Positions 13,901-27,630 of a stretch of DNA of 64,000 bases are shown here, in pieces (position 1 is the stretch's first letter; each line of letters starts with the position of its first letter). Made by a program: the position numbers and the translations under genes. The stretch is from the NCBI GenBank assembly GCA_965655095.1, contig OZ296658.1:61690001-61754000 (forward strand), written 5' to 3'. The stretch comes from Haplodiscus bocki. Lineage: Eukaryota. The notes under the pieces are model-generated. The model had not been told where the DNA came from and did no database searches. It worked only from the letters and a program-made list of their open reading frames with translations.

Positions 13901-16900
13901 CGGAAAACTCCTGATTCCATTCTAAATTTCTGACTTTAATAATATACAATCACAGACATTTGGCTTGGAAAATTTATCGACAGGGTTTTCAAAACTGCAT
14001 TGTACGGGTCCAAACACTATTTTGAGGGAAAGTTTCACGAAAAAAACTCCAATATCCGTTTCAGACATCCTACGAAAAGTTTTTGTGGTTTTGGCGAAAA
14101 AATTCCAGCATGTTTGTCAGAACTGAAGTGTTTATGTACAAGAAAACATATTGCCTGGAAACAGTTCATTTGGGAAGAAGAAAAGTAACCAAAAATTTGA
14201 GAATTTGCGCTGAAGTTGTTGGGGGTGTTTGGCGGAATAATTTTGGCAGTGTTGTCAAAACTGCATGTTACGAGTCAAGACGAATTTTTGAGGAAGAAGT
14301 TTATTAGGAGAATTTTTGTTTTCATTCGTTTTCTTGGACTTTGAACAAAAGTCTTGGACATTTGGCAAAAAACTATCAGCAGGGATGACAAATGTCAGTT
14401 TTACGTGTTGAAACAATCATTTCAAAGCCTTTTGATTTTTGAAAAAAATAGTTTTCAATAAATTTCTTCGGACATGAGAGAAAGAAGTTTGGACCTTTTC
14501 CGAATTTTTTTCGCCAAGGTCGGTTAAAATACAATTTATGTGTCCAGAGGAAGTTTTCAGAAAAAATTTTCTTGAGGAAAATTTTATTTTTTTTGGGATT
14601 TGAGCGAGTATTTTGTGGACTTCTGAAAGAAACCCTCCAGCACCATCTTCAAAAAGTGATATTTTCCAACATTTTCTTCGAATTTAAGTGGAAATGCTTC
14701 AGAATTGACAAAAAGTTTCAGCAAGTGGTCAAAAATGCGTCATACTTGCCGGACAAAATTCTTGAAGAAAGTTTTTTTTTCTAAAAATATGTTTCCATAA
14801 AAAATTTCCGATTTCGAGGAAAAGAATGTTTCCAAGTAGTGGCAAAAATGTACGGCAGCGTTGTCCAAAGTACCTTTTACCAATCCAGAGGAATTGTTCC
14901 AGACAAAAACTTTTCTGGGAAAGTTTGATTTCATACAATTTCTCGAACATTGAACAAACAACTTATCAATTTCGGGGAAAAATTGTCGGCCGGGTTTTCA
15001 ACGTTCACTTCTGCGTGACAACATGATTGCTTTGATGAAAATTATCTTATCCAAAGCAAACATTTGTTTAATTTAAAACTTTTTTAGAGACTTTGCCAAA
15101 AACGTTCAGATTTTGGGCGAAAAGTTTTGGCAGCGTTGTCTAAATTGCGCTTTCGAACTCCAGACAAATTTTTGTTGATTTTGTTTTTCGTAAAACTCCT
15201 AATTCCATTCTAAATTTGTGACTTTAATAATATACAATCACAGACATTTGGCTTGGAAAATTTATCGACAGGGTTTTCAAAACTGCATTGTACGGGTCCA
15301 AACACTATTTTGAGGGAAAGTTTCACAAGCAAAACTCCAATATCCGTTTCAGACATCCTGCGAAAAGTTTTTGTGGTTTTGGCGAAAAAATTCCAGCATG
15401 TTTGTCAGAACTGAAGTGTTTTTGTACGAGAAAACATATTGCCTGGAAACAGTTCATTTGGGAAGAATAAAAGTAACCAAAAATTTGAGAATTTGCGCTG
15501 AAGTTGTTGGGGATGTTTGGCGGAATAAATTTGGCAGTGTTGTCAAAACTGCATGTTACGAGTCAAGACGAATTTTTGAGGAAGAAGTTTTTTTGGAGAA
15601 TTTTTGTTTTCATTCGTTTTCTTGGACTTTGAACAAAAGTCTTGGACATTTTGCAAAAAACTATCAGCAGGGATGACAAATGTCAGTTTTACGTTTTGAA
15701 ACAATCATTTCAAAGCCTTTTGATTTTTAAAAAAAATAGTTTTCAATAAATTTCTTCGGACATGAGAGAAAGAAGTTTGGACCTTTTCCGCATTTTTTTC
15801 GCCAAGGTCGGTTTAAATACAATTTATGTGTCCAGAGGAAGTTTTCAGAAAAAATTTTCTTGAGGAAAAATTTATTTTTTTTTTAGGATTTGAGCGAGTA
15901 TTTTGTGGACTTCGGAAAGAAACCCTCCAGCACCATCTTCAAAAACTGATATTTTCCAACATTTTCTTCGAATTTAATTGAAAATGCTTCAGAATTGACA
16001 AAAAGTTTCAGCATGTGGTCAAAAATGCGTCATACTTGCCGGACAAAGGTCTTGGAGAATGTTTTTTTTCTAAAAATATGTTTCCATAAAAAATTTCCGA
16101 TTTCGAGGAAAAGTATGTTTCCAAGTAGTGGCAAAAATGTACGGCAGCGTTGTCCAAAGTACCTTTCACCAATCCAGAAGAATTTTTCCAGACAAAAACT
16201 TTTTTGGGAAAGTTTGATTTCATACACTTTCTCGAACATTGAACAAACAACTTATCAATTTCGGGGAAAAATTGTCGGCCGGGTTTTCAAAGTTCACTTC
16301 TACGTGGCAACATGATTGCTTTGATGAAAATTATCTTATCCAAAGCAAACATTTGTTTAATTTAAAAATTTTTAGAGACTTTGCCAAAAACGTTCAGATT
16401 TTGGACGAAAGTTTTGGCAGCGTTGTCTAAATTGCGCTTTCGAACTCCAGACAAATTTTTGTTGATTTTGTTTTTCGGAAAACTCCTGATTCCACTCTAA
16501 ATTTCTGACTTTAATAATATACAATCACAGACATTTGGCTTGGAAAATTTACCGACAGGTTTTTCAAAACTGCATTGTACGGGTCCAAACACTATTTTGA
16601 GGGAAAGTTTCACAAGAAAAACTCCAATATCCGTTTCAGACATCCTACGGAAAGTTTTTGTGGTTTTGGCGAAAAAATTCCAGCATGTTTGTCAGAACTG
16701 AAGTGTTTATGTACAAGAAAACATATTGCCTGGAAACAGTTCATTTGGGAAGAATAAAAGTAACCAAAAATTTGAGAATTTGCGCTGAAGTTGTTGGGGG
16801 TGTTTGGCGGAATAAATTTGGCAGTGTTGTCAAAACTGCATGTTACGAGTCAAGACGAATTTTTGAGGAAGAAGTTTTTTAGGAGAATTTTTGTTTTCAT

Positions 16901-19900
16901 TCGTTTTCTTGGACTTTGAACAAAAGTCTTGGACATTTGGCAAAAAACTATCAGCAGGAATGACAAATGTCAGTTTTACGTGTTGAAACAATCATTTCAA
17001 AGCTTTTTGATTTTTTAAAAAAAGAGTTTTCAATAAATTTCTTCGGACATGAGAGGAAGAAGTATGGACCTTTTCCGAATTTTTTTCGCCAAAGTCGGTT
17101 AAAATACAATTTATGTGTCCAGAAGAAGTTTTCAGAAAAAATTTTCTTGAGGAAAATTTTATTTTTTTTGGGATTTGAGCGAGTATTTTGTGGACTTCGG
17201 AAAGAAACCCTCCAGCACCATCTTCAAAAACTGATATTTTCCAACATTTTCTTCGAATTGAAGTGAAAATGTTTCAGAATTGACAAAAAGTTTCAGCATG
17301 TGGTCAAAAATGCGTCATACTTGCCGGACAAAGGTCTTGGAGAATGTTTTTTTCTAAAAATATGTTTCCATAAAAAAAATCCGATTTCGAGGAAAAAATG
17401 TTTCCAAGTAGTGGCAAAAATGTACGGCAGCGTTGTCCAAAGTACCTTTTACCAATCCAGAGGAATTTCTCTAGACAAGAACTTTTTTGGGAAAGTTTGA
17501 TTTCATACACTTTCTCGAACATTAAACAAACAACTTATCGATTTCGGGAAAAAATTGTCGGCCGGGTTTTCAAAGTTCACTTCTACGTGACAACATGATT
17601 GCTTTGATGAAAATTATCTGATCCGAAGCAAACATTTGTTTAATTTAAAAAATTTTCAGAGACTTTGCTAAAAACGTTCAGATTTTGGACAAAAATTTTG
17701 GCAGCGATGTCTAAATTGCGCTTTCGAACTCCAGACAAATTTCTGTTGATTTTGTTTTTCGGAAAACTCCTGATTCCATTCTAAATTTCTGACTTTAATA
17801 ATATACAATGACAGACATTTGGCTTGGAAAATTTATCGACAGGGTTTTCAAAACTGCATTGTACGGGTCCAAACACTATTTTGAGGGAAAGTTTCACGAG
17901 AAAAACTCCAATATCCGTTTCAGACATCCTACGAAAAGTTTTTGTGGTTTTGGCGAAAAAATTCCAGCATGTTTGTCAGAACTGAAGTGTTTATGTACAA
18001 GAAAACATATTGCCTGGAAACAGTTCATTTGGGAAGAATAAAAGTAACCAAAAATTTGAGAATTTGCGCTGAAGTTGTTGGGGGTGTTTGGCGGAATAAA
18101 TTTGGCAGTGTTGTCAAAACTGCATGTTACGAGTCAAGACGAATTTTTGAGGAAGAAGTTTATTAGGAGAATTTTTGTTTTCATTCGTTTTCTTGGACTT
18201 TGAACAAAAGTCTTGGACATTTGGCAAAAAACTATCAGCAGGGATGACAAATGTCAGTTTTACGTGTTGAAACAATCATTTCAAAGCCTTTTGATTTTTG
18301 AAAAAAATAGTTTTCAATAAATTTCTTCGGACATGAGAGAAAGAAGTTTGGACCTTTTCCGAATTTTTTTCGCCAAGGTCGGTTAAAATACAATTTATGT
18401 GTCCAGAGGAAGTTTTCAGAAAAAATTTTCTTGAGGAAAATTTTATTTTTTTTGGGATTTGAGCGAGTATTTTGTGGACTTCGGAAAGAAACCCTCCAGC
18501 ACCATCTTCAAAAACTGATATTTTCCAACATTTTCTTCGAATTTGAGTGGAAATGCTTCAGAATTGACAAAAAGTTTCAGCATGTGGTCAAAAATGCGTC
18601 ATACTTGCCGGAAAAAATTCTTGAAGAAAGCTTTTTTTCTAAAAATATGTTTCCATAAAAAATTTCCGATTTCGAGGAAAAGAATGTTTCCAAGTAGTGG
18701 CAAAAATGTACGGCAGCGTTGTCCAAAGTACCTTTTACCAATCCAGAAGAATTTTTCCAGACAAAAACTTTTTTGGGAAAGTTTGATTTGATACACTTTC
18801 TCGAACATTGAACAAACAACTTATCAATTTCGGGGAAAAATTGTCGGCCGGGTTTTCAAAGTTCACTTCTACGTGACAACATGATTGCTTTGATGAAAAT
18901 TATCTTATCCGAAGCAAACATTTGTTTAATTTAAAAATTTTTTAGAGACTTTGCCAAAAACGTTCAGATTTTGGACGAAAAGTTTTGGCAGCGTTGTCTA
19001 AATTGCGCTTTCGAACTCCAGACAAATTTTTGTTGATTTTGTTTTTCGGAAAACTACTGATTCCACTCTAAATTTGTGACTTTAATAATATACAATCACA
19101 GACATTTGGCTTGGAAAATTTATCGACAGGGTTTTCAAAACTGCATTGTACGGGTCCAAACACTATTTTGAGGGAAAGTTTCACAAGCAAAACTCCAATA
19201 TCCGTTTCAGACATCCTGCGAAAAGTTTTTGTGGTTTTGGCGAAAAAATTCCAGCATGTTTGTCAGAACTGAAGTGTTTTTGTACGAGAAAACATATTGC
19301 CTGGAAACAGTTCATTTGGGAAGAATAAAAGTAACCAAAAATTTGAGAATTTGCGCTGAAGTTGTTGGGGGTGTTTGGCGGAATAAATTTGGCAGTGTTG
19401 TCAAAACTGCATGTTACGAGTCAAGACGAATTTTTGAGGAAGAAGTTTTTTAGGAGAATTTTTGTTTTCATTCGTTTTCTTGGACTTTGAACAAAAGTCT
19501 TGGACATTTGGCAAAAAACTATCAGCAGGAATGACAAATGTCAGTTTTACGTGTTGAAACAATCATTTCAAAGCTTTTTGATTTTTTAAAAAAAGAGTTT
19601 TCAATAAATTTCTTCGGACATGAGAGGAAGAAGTATGGACCTTTTCCGAATTTTTTTCGCCAAAGTCGGTTAAAATACAATTTATGTGTCCAGAAGAAGT
19701 TTTCAGAAAAAATTTTCTTGAGGAAAATTTTATTTTTTTTGGGATTTGAGCGAGTATTTTGTGGACTTCGGAAAGAAACCCTCCAGCACCATCTTCAAAA
19801 ACTGATATTTTCCAACATTTTCTTCGAATTGAAGTGAAAATGTTTCAGAATTGACAAAAAGTTTCAGCATGTGGTCAAAAATGCGTCATACTTGCCGGAC

Positions 19901-22900
19901 AAAGGTCTTGGAGAATGTTTTTTTCTAAAAATATGTTTCCATAAAAAAAATCCGATTTCGAGGAAAAAATGTTTCCAAGTAGTGGCAAAAATGTACGGCA
20001 GCGTTGTCCAAAGTACCTTTTACCAATCCAGAGGAATTTCTCTAGACAAGAACTTTTTTGGGAAAGTTTGATTTCATACACTTTCTCGAACATTAAACAA
20101 ACAACTTATCGATTTCGGGAAAAAATTGTCGGCCGGGTTTTCAAAGTTCACTTCTACGTGACAACATGATTGCTTTGATGAAAATTATCTGATCCGAAGC
20201 AAACATTTGTTTAATTTAAAAAATTTTCAGAGACTTTGCTAAAAACGTTCAGATTTTGGACAAAAATTTTGGCAGCGATGTCTAAATTGCGCTTTCGAAC
20301 TCCAGACAAATTTCTGTTGATTTTGTTTTTCGGAAAACTCCTGATTCCATTCTAAATTTCTGACTTTAATAATATACAATGACAGACATTTGTCTTGGAA
20401 AATTTATCGACAGGGTTTTCAAAACTGCATTGTACGGGTCCAAACACTATTTTGAGGGAAAGTTTCACGAGAAAAACTCCAATATCCGTTTCAGACATCC
20501 TACGAAAAGTTTTTGTGGTTTTGGCGAAAAAATTCCAGCATGTTTGTCAGAACTGAAGTGTTTATGTACAAGAAAACATATTGCCTGGAAACAGTTCATT
20601 TGGGAAGAATAAAAGTAACCAAAAATTTGAGAATTTGCGCTGAAGTTGTTGGGGGTGTTTGGCGGAATAAATTTGGCAGTGTTGTCAAAACTGCATGTTA
20701 CGAGTCAAGACGAATTTTTGAGGAAGAAGTTTATTAGGAGAATTTTTGTTTTCATTCGTTTTCTTGGACTTTGAACAAAAGTCTTGGACATTTGGCAAAA
20801 AACTATCAGCAGGGATGACAAATGTCAGTTTTACGTGTTGAAACAATCATTTCAAAGCCTTTTGATTTTTGAAAAAAATAGTTTTCAATAAATTTCTTCG
20901 GACATGAGAGAAAGAAGTTTGGACCTTTTCCGAATTTTTTTCGCCAAGGTCGGTTAAAATACAATTTATGTGTCCAGAGGAAGTTTTCAGAAAAAATTTT
21001 CTTGAGGAAAATTTTATTTTTTTTGGGATTTGAGCGAGTATTTTGTGGACTTCGGAAAGAAACCCTCCAGCACCATCTTCAAAAACTGATATTTTCCAAC
21101 ATTTTCTTCGAATTTAAGTGGAAATGCTTCAGAATTGACAAAAAGTTTCAGCATGTGGTCAAAAATGCGTCATACTTGCCGGAAAAAATTCTTGAAGAAA
21201 GCTTTTTTTCTAAAAATATGTTTCCATAAAAAATTTCCGATTTCGAGGAAAAGAATGTTTCCAAGTAGTGGCAAAAATGTACGGCAGCGTTGTCCAAAGT
21301 ACCTTTTACCAATCCAGAAGAATTTTTCCAGACAAAAACTTTTTTGGGAAAGTTTGATTTGATACACTTTCTCGAACATTGAACAAACAACTTATCAATT
21401 TCGGGGAAAAATTGTCGGCCGGGTTTTCAAAGTTCACTTCTACGTGACAACATGATTGCTTTGATGAAAATTATCTTATCCGAAGCAAACATTTGTTTAA
21501 TTTAAAAATTTTTTAGAGACTTTGCCAAAAACGTTCAGATTTTGGACGAAAAGTTTTGGCAGCGTTGTCTAAATTGCGCTTTCGAACTCCAGACAAATTT
21601 TTGTTGATTTTGTTTTTCGGAAAACTACTGATTCCACTCTAAATTTGTGACTTTAATAATATACAATCACAGACATTTGGCTTGGAAAATTTATCGACAG
21701 GGTTTTCAAAACTGCATTGTACGGGTCCAAACACTATTTTGAGGGAAAGTTTCACAAGCAAAACTCCAATATCCGTTTCAGACATCCTGCGAAAAGTTTT
21801 TGTGGTTTTGGCGAAAAAATTCCAGCATGTTTGTCAGAACTGAAGTGTTTTTGTACGAGAAAACATATTGCCTGGAAACAGTTCATTTGGGAAGAATAAA
21901 AGTAACCAAAAATTTGAGAATTTGCGGTGAAGTTGTTGGGGATGTTTGGCGGAATAAATTTGGCAGTGTTGTCAAAACAGCATGTTACGAGTCAAGACGA
22001 ATTTGTGAGGAAGAAGTTTTTTAGAAGAATTTTTGTTTTCATTCGTTTTCTTGGACTTTGAACAAAAGTCTCGGACATTTGGCAAAAAAATATCAGCAGG
22101 GATGACAAATGTCAGTTTTACGTGTTGAAACAATCATTTCAAAGCTTTTTGATTTTTTAAAAGAATAGTTTTCAATAAATTTCTTCGGACATGAGAGAAA
22201 GAAGTTTGGACCTTTTCCGAATTTTTTTCGCCAAGGTCGGTTAAAATACAATTTATGTGTCCAGAGGAAGTTTTCAGAAAAAATTTTCTTGAGGAAAATT
22301 TTATTTTTTTTGGGATTTGAGCGAGTATTTTGTGGACTTCGGAAAGAAACCCTCCAGCACCATCTTCAAAAACTGATATTTTCCAACATTTTCTTCGAAT
22401 TTAAGTGAAAATGCTTCAGAATTGACAAAAAGTTTCAGCATGTGGTCAAAAATGCGTCATACTTGCCGGACAAAATACTTGAAGAATGTTTTCTTTCTAA
22501 AAATTTGTTTCCATAAAAAATTTCCGATTTCGAGGAAAAGAATGTCTCCAAGTAGTGGCAAAAATGTACGGCAGCGTTGTCCAAAGTACCTTTTACCAAT
22601 CCAGAGGAATTTTTCCAGACAAAAACTTTTCTGGGAAAGTTTGATTTCATACACTTTCTCGAACATTGAACAAACAACTTATCGATTTCGGGGAAAAATT
22701 GTCGGCCGGGTTTTCAAAGTTCACTTCCACGTGACAACATGATTGCTTTGATGAAAATTATCTTATCCAAAGCAAACATTTGTTTAATTTAAAAATTTTT
22801 AGAGACTTTGCCAAAAACGTTCAGATTTTGGACGAAAAGTTTTGGCAGCGTTGTCTAAATTGCGCTTTCGAACTCCAGACAAATTTTTGTTGATTTTGTT

Positions 22901-22985
22901 TTTCGGAAAACTCCTAATTCCATTCTAAATTTCTGACTTTAATAATATACAATCACAGACATTTGGCTTGGAAAATTTATCGACT
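4915..22985 (+). repeat. Young homogeneous satellite core, 14 near-identical ~1287-bp units
   Basis: The marker gtacgggtccaaacac occurs at ~4998, 6286, 7573, 8862, 10147, 11427, 12715, 14002, 15290, 16577, 17860, 19148, 20432 and 21719. All units share a ~55-bp deletion in monomer 6 relative to the flanking units. Confidence 0.93.
16720..21920 (+). repeat. Duplicated dimeric block (period 2571 bp) within the satellite core
   Basis: Variant-specific ORFs recur at exactly +2571 (16967/19538, 17300/19871, 17808/20379, 18431/21002, 19146/21717). Confidence 0.85.
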
Positions 22986-25900
22986 GGTTTTCCAAAATTG
23001 AATTCAAAACAGTCCCTTTCATGGAAAGTTTCATGCGAAAAAATCCAATATACATCTCAGACTTCCAACGGAAACTCTTTTTACTTTTGACGGAAAACTT
23101 CCGGCAGGTTTCTCAGAATTGCAGAGTATATGTGCAAGATAATGTTTTGCCTGGAAACAGTTCTTTTGGGAAGAATAAAATTTACCAGAAACAAAGAGAA
23201 CTTGAGCTGAAACTGTTTGGATGTTTGGCGCAATAAATTTGGCGGGGTTATCAAAACTGCATTTCACAAGTCCAGATGATCCTTCGAGAAGAAATTTTTC
23301 TGGAGAAATTATGCTTTCACAGGTATTCTTGGACTATGAACAAAATTCATGGATATTTGTCAAAAAACAATCAGCAGGGATGACAAATGTCAGTTTTACG
23401 TGAGCAAGCAATCAACTCAAAGCAATTTGACTTTTTTAAAAAATAGTTTTCAAAAAACTTCTCCGTACATGATAGAAAGACGTTTGGACCTTTTACAAAA
23501 TTTTTTCACCAAGTTCATTTAAATAAAATTATGTGTCCAGAGGAAGTTTTCGGAAAAAATTTTTCTGGAAGGAAAGTTTTTTTTCGGATTTGCGCAAAAT
23601 TTTTGTGAACTTCGGATAGGAACTTCCAGCACCTTCCTCAAATTTGCATTCCACATGCACAGAGGTTGTTTCTGAAGAAAGCCTTTCTGAAAGCAAAAAA
23701 CAATTATTTTTGAAGCTTTCTTCGGGTTCGAGTGAAAATATTTCGGAATTGACAGAAAGTTTCAGCATGTGGTCAAAAATTCAAAAATGCATCCTAAATT
23801 GCCCGAACAAAAATCTTGAAAAACTTTTTTACTAAATTTATGTTTCCATGAAGGATTTCCGATTTCGAGGAAAAGAATGTTTCGTACTAATGGCAGAAAA
23901 GTTCGACAGCGTTGTCCAAAGTGCCTTTTACGAATACAGAGTAAATTTTCCAGTTGAAAACTTTTTTTGGAAAAACCTTATTTTTTTACACTTTTTTGGA
24001 CAATGAACAACTAACTTACGGATTTCGGGGGAAAATTGACGGCCATTTTTTTCAAAATTCAATTCTACGTGACAATAGGATTGTATTGAGAAAAAATTTC
24101 TTTTCTGGAGCAAACAGGTATTCAATTTGCAATTTTTTTTGAGACTATGCCAAAAACGTTCAGACTTTCGACGAAAAAGTTTAAGCAGCGTTGTCAAGCC
24201 TGCGCTCTCGAACTCCAGACAAACTTTTGATGAAATTATTTTTTCTCGAAAACTCCTAATTCCAATCTGAATATCTGACTTTAATACAAAACAATCACAG
24301 ACATTTCGCACTAAAAAAATTAACGACAGGATTTGCAAAACTGAATTCAACGTGTCCAAACAATCATTTTGATGGATACTTCCATGAAAAAAAACTCCTT
24401 TATCCATTTCAGATTTCCTCGCGAAAAATTTGCACTTTGGCGAGAAAATTCCGGCAGGTTTGTCAGAACTGCAGTGTATATGTACAGAGAAACATATTGC
24501 CTAGCATCTGTTCTTTTGAGAAGAATAAAAACTACCAACAAAATGAAAACTTGAGCTAAAAACTTCAGTGATGACAAATGTCAGCTTTACTTGTTCAAAC
24601 GATCAATCCGAAGCATTTTGATTTTCTTAGAAAAATGATTCTCAATAAATTTCCTCAGACATGAGCGAAAGAACTTTAGACTGTTTAAGAAACTTTCGCC
24701 AAGTTCGTTCAAAATTCTTTTTATTTGTCCTGAGGAAGTTTTTGGAAAGTTTTTTCTGGAAAACTCCTAATTTCATTTTAATTATCTGACTTTAAAAAAA
24801 ACAATCACAGACATTTCGCGCAAAAAAATTTATCGACAGTGTTTGCAAAACTGAATTCAACGTGTCGAAACAATCATTTTGATGGAACTTTTCATTGAAA
24901 AAAAACTCGATTATCCAAAGCAGACCTCCAACGGAAACTTTTTCTATTTTTAGCGGAAGAATTCGGGCATCTTTGTCAGAACTGCAGTGTATAGTTGCAA
25001 GAAAATAATTTGCCTGGAAGCAGTGCTTTTGGGAATATTAAAATCTACCAAAATATAGGGAACTTGAGCTGAAACTGTTTGGGTGTTTGACGCAATAAAT
25101 TCGGCAGGAGTGTCAAAACTGCTTTCCACGAGTCCAGACGAACTTTTGAGGAAGAAGTATTTTAAGAGAAATTTTGCTTTCACACGTATTCTAGGACTTT
25201 GAACAAAATTCATGGACATTTGGTAAAGAACAATCAACAGGGATGACAAATGTCAGTTCTACATGTTCAAACAATCATTTCAAAGCCTTTTGACTGTTTT
25301 GAGTGAAAGATTTTCAATAAATCCCTTTAGACATGGGAGAAAGAAGTTTGGATCTTTTGCGAATTTTTTTCGAAATGTTCGGTTAAAATACAATTTATGT
25401 GTCCAGAGGAAGTTTCCGCAGTAAATCTTTCTCGGAGGGAAATTTTTTTTTTTTAGGATTTGAGCAAATTTTTCGTGGACTTCGGAAGGAAACTTCCAGC
25501 ACCATCCTCAAATCTGCATTTCATATGCACAGAGGAACTTTCTGAGGAAAAATTTTCTATAAAGGAAAAAATTAATATTTTTGAAAATTTCTTCGGATTT
25601 GAGTAAAATTACTTCGGAATTGCCAAAAAGTTTCAGCGTGTGGTCAAAAATGCATCCTACTTGGCCGGACAAGAATCCTGAAAAACTTTTTCTACTATAA
25701 TTATGTTTCCATGAAGGATTTCCAATTTCGAGGAAAATAATGGTTCCTACTAGTGGCAAAAAAGTTCGGGAGCGTTGTCCAAAGTGCCTTTTACGAATCC
25801 AGAGGAAATTTTCCTGAAGGAAATTTTCTGGAACCAGTTTATTTTCATACACTTTTTCGACATTGAACAAAAAACCTAAGGTTTCCGGGGAAAAGTGTCA

Positions 25901-27005
25901 GCCGGGATTTCAAAATTGAATTCTACAAGTCAACAGGATTGCTTTGATGAAAACGTTCTTTTCTGAAGCAAACAAGTGGTCAATTTAAGTTTCTGTTCGA
26001 AACGATCAGATTTTGGACGAAAAAATTTGGCAGAGTTGTCAAGACTGCGCTCTCGAATTCCAGACAAGTTTTTGATGAAATTATTTTTTCTCGAAAACTC
26101 CTAATTCCAATCTGAATATCTGACTTTAATATAAAACAATCACAGACATTTCGCACTAAAAAAATTAACGACAGGATTTGCAAAATTGAATTCAACGTGT
26201 CCAAACAATCATTTTGATGGATATTTCCATGAAAAAAACTCCGTTATCCATTTCAGATTTCCTCGCGAAAAATTTGCACTTTTGGCGAGAAAATTCCGGC
26301 AGGTTTGTCAGAACTGCAGTGTATATGTACAGAGAAACATATTGCCTAGCATCTGTTCTTTTGAGAAGAATAAATACTTCCAACAAAATGAAAACTTGAG
26401 CTAAAAACTTCAGTGATGACAAATGTCAGCTTTACTTGTTCAAACGATCAATTCGAAGCATTTTGATTTTCTTAGAAAAATGATTCTCAATAAATTTCCT
26501 CAGACATGAGCGAAAGAACTTTAGACTGTTTAAGAAACTTTCGCCAAGTTCGTTCAGAAGTGTTTTTATTTGTCCTGAGGAAGTTTTTGGAAAGTTTTTT
26601 TCTGGAAAGGAAGTTTTAATTTTTATGGATTTGAGCAAATTTTTTGTGGAGTTCGGAAAGAAACTTGCAGTTAAATTTTTCAAATCAGCATTTCACATGA
26701 CCAGAGGAACATTCTGAAGAAAACATCACTGAAAGGAAAACAGCTTGAAATTTTTTGATGATTTTGTCAACTTTGTGTGATAAAGTTTCGGAATTCTGAC
26801 AAAACAAGGTTCAGCATGTGGTCAAAATTGCATCCTTCGGGTCCAGATGAAAAACTTGAAAAAAAATTATATCCTAAAATTTTGTTACCATCAATGATTT
26901 CCGACTTCGAGCAAATAAATGTTTCCTTATAGTAGTAGAAGCGTTTGGCAACGTGTTCCAAGGTGCCTTTTACGAAGCCAGAGGAAATATTGAGGACGAA
27001 AACTT

Positions 27006-27630
27006 ACTTTTTCACTCAAATTCGACAAAAGCATCAAAAAAATCGAGCTTTTTTTTCTGAAAGCTTTTCTGTAGAATGTTCCTCTGGTCATCTGAAATGC
27101 AGATTTGAAAACGTTGCTTGATGTTTCTTTCTGAAGTCCACAAAATTTTTGCTCAAATCCTAGAAAAAGTAAAAATTTCCTTCCAGAAAAAAGGTCTCCG
27201 ACTTCTTCCTCCGGACATATAAACAGCATGTTAAACGAACTTGGCGAAAATTTTGCGGAGAGTCTAAACTTCTTTCACTCATGTCCGAAGAATTTATTGA
27301 TAACCATTTTTTTTAAAGTCAATTGCTTTGAAAGGATTGTTTGAACACATAGAACTGACATTTCTCAACCCTCCTGATAAATTTTCGCACAAAATTCATG
27401 AATTTTGCTCAAACTCCAAGATTACGTATGAAAACAAAATATCTCGAAAAATATTTCTGACTCGAAAATTCGCTTGGACTCGTGAATAGCAGTTTTGACA
27501 ACCTTGTCAAGTTTTTTTACGTCCAATGTCCAAACATTTCCAGCTAAAGTTATCTATTTTCTTGGTTATTTTAATTCTTCTCAAACGATTTGTTCTTGGG
27601 CAATATGTTTCCTTAAACAAAAACAATGCA
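27006..27630 (-). repeat. Inverted block of the same satellite (monomers 2-6) abutting the left TIR
   Basis: The reverse complement reads tgcattgtttttgtttaaggaaacatattg...gttgtcaaaactgctattcacgagtcc...gtcagttctatgtgttcaaacaatc...ttcggacatgagtgaaagaag...gaatttgagtgaaaaagt, collinear with the + strand satellite unit. Confidence 0.92.

Larger units (their letters stand above)
1..27005 (+). repeat. Satellite array: ~134-bp monomers organised as a 10-monomer higher-order repeat (~1339 bp older units, ~1287 bp younger units)
   Basis: A motif like ggcag(g/c)gttgtcaaaactgcatt(c/t)tacg(t/a)gtccaga recurs every ~124-141 bp (4977, 5103, 5241, 5375, 5509, 5633, 5716, 5851, 5984, 6125, 6263; the 5633-5716 step is shortened by a deletion). 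Near-identical ORF translations recur at 1339-bp (217/1556) and ~1287-bp spacing. Confidence 0.95.

Noticed and set aside
4915-22985. Possible CRISPR-like repeat-spacer array
   Set aside because: The sequence between recurrent motifs is itself repeated, so there are no unique spacers. No cas genes are present and the context is eukaryotic.
1-27630. Dozens of 60-177-aa F/K-rich ORFs recurring through the satellite (also 54603-60440)
   Set aside because: They occur on both strands in overlapping frames, reflect A/T-tract composition, and open or close with homopolymer length changes. They are chance frames in non-coding repeat.
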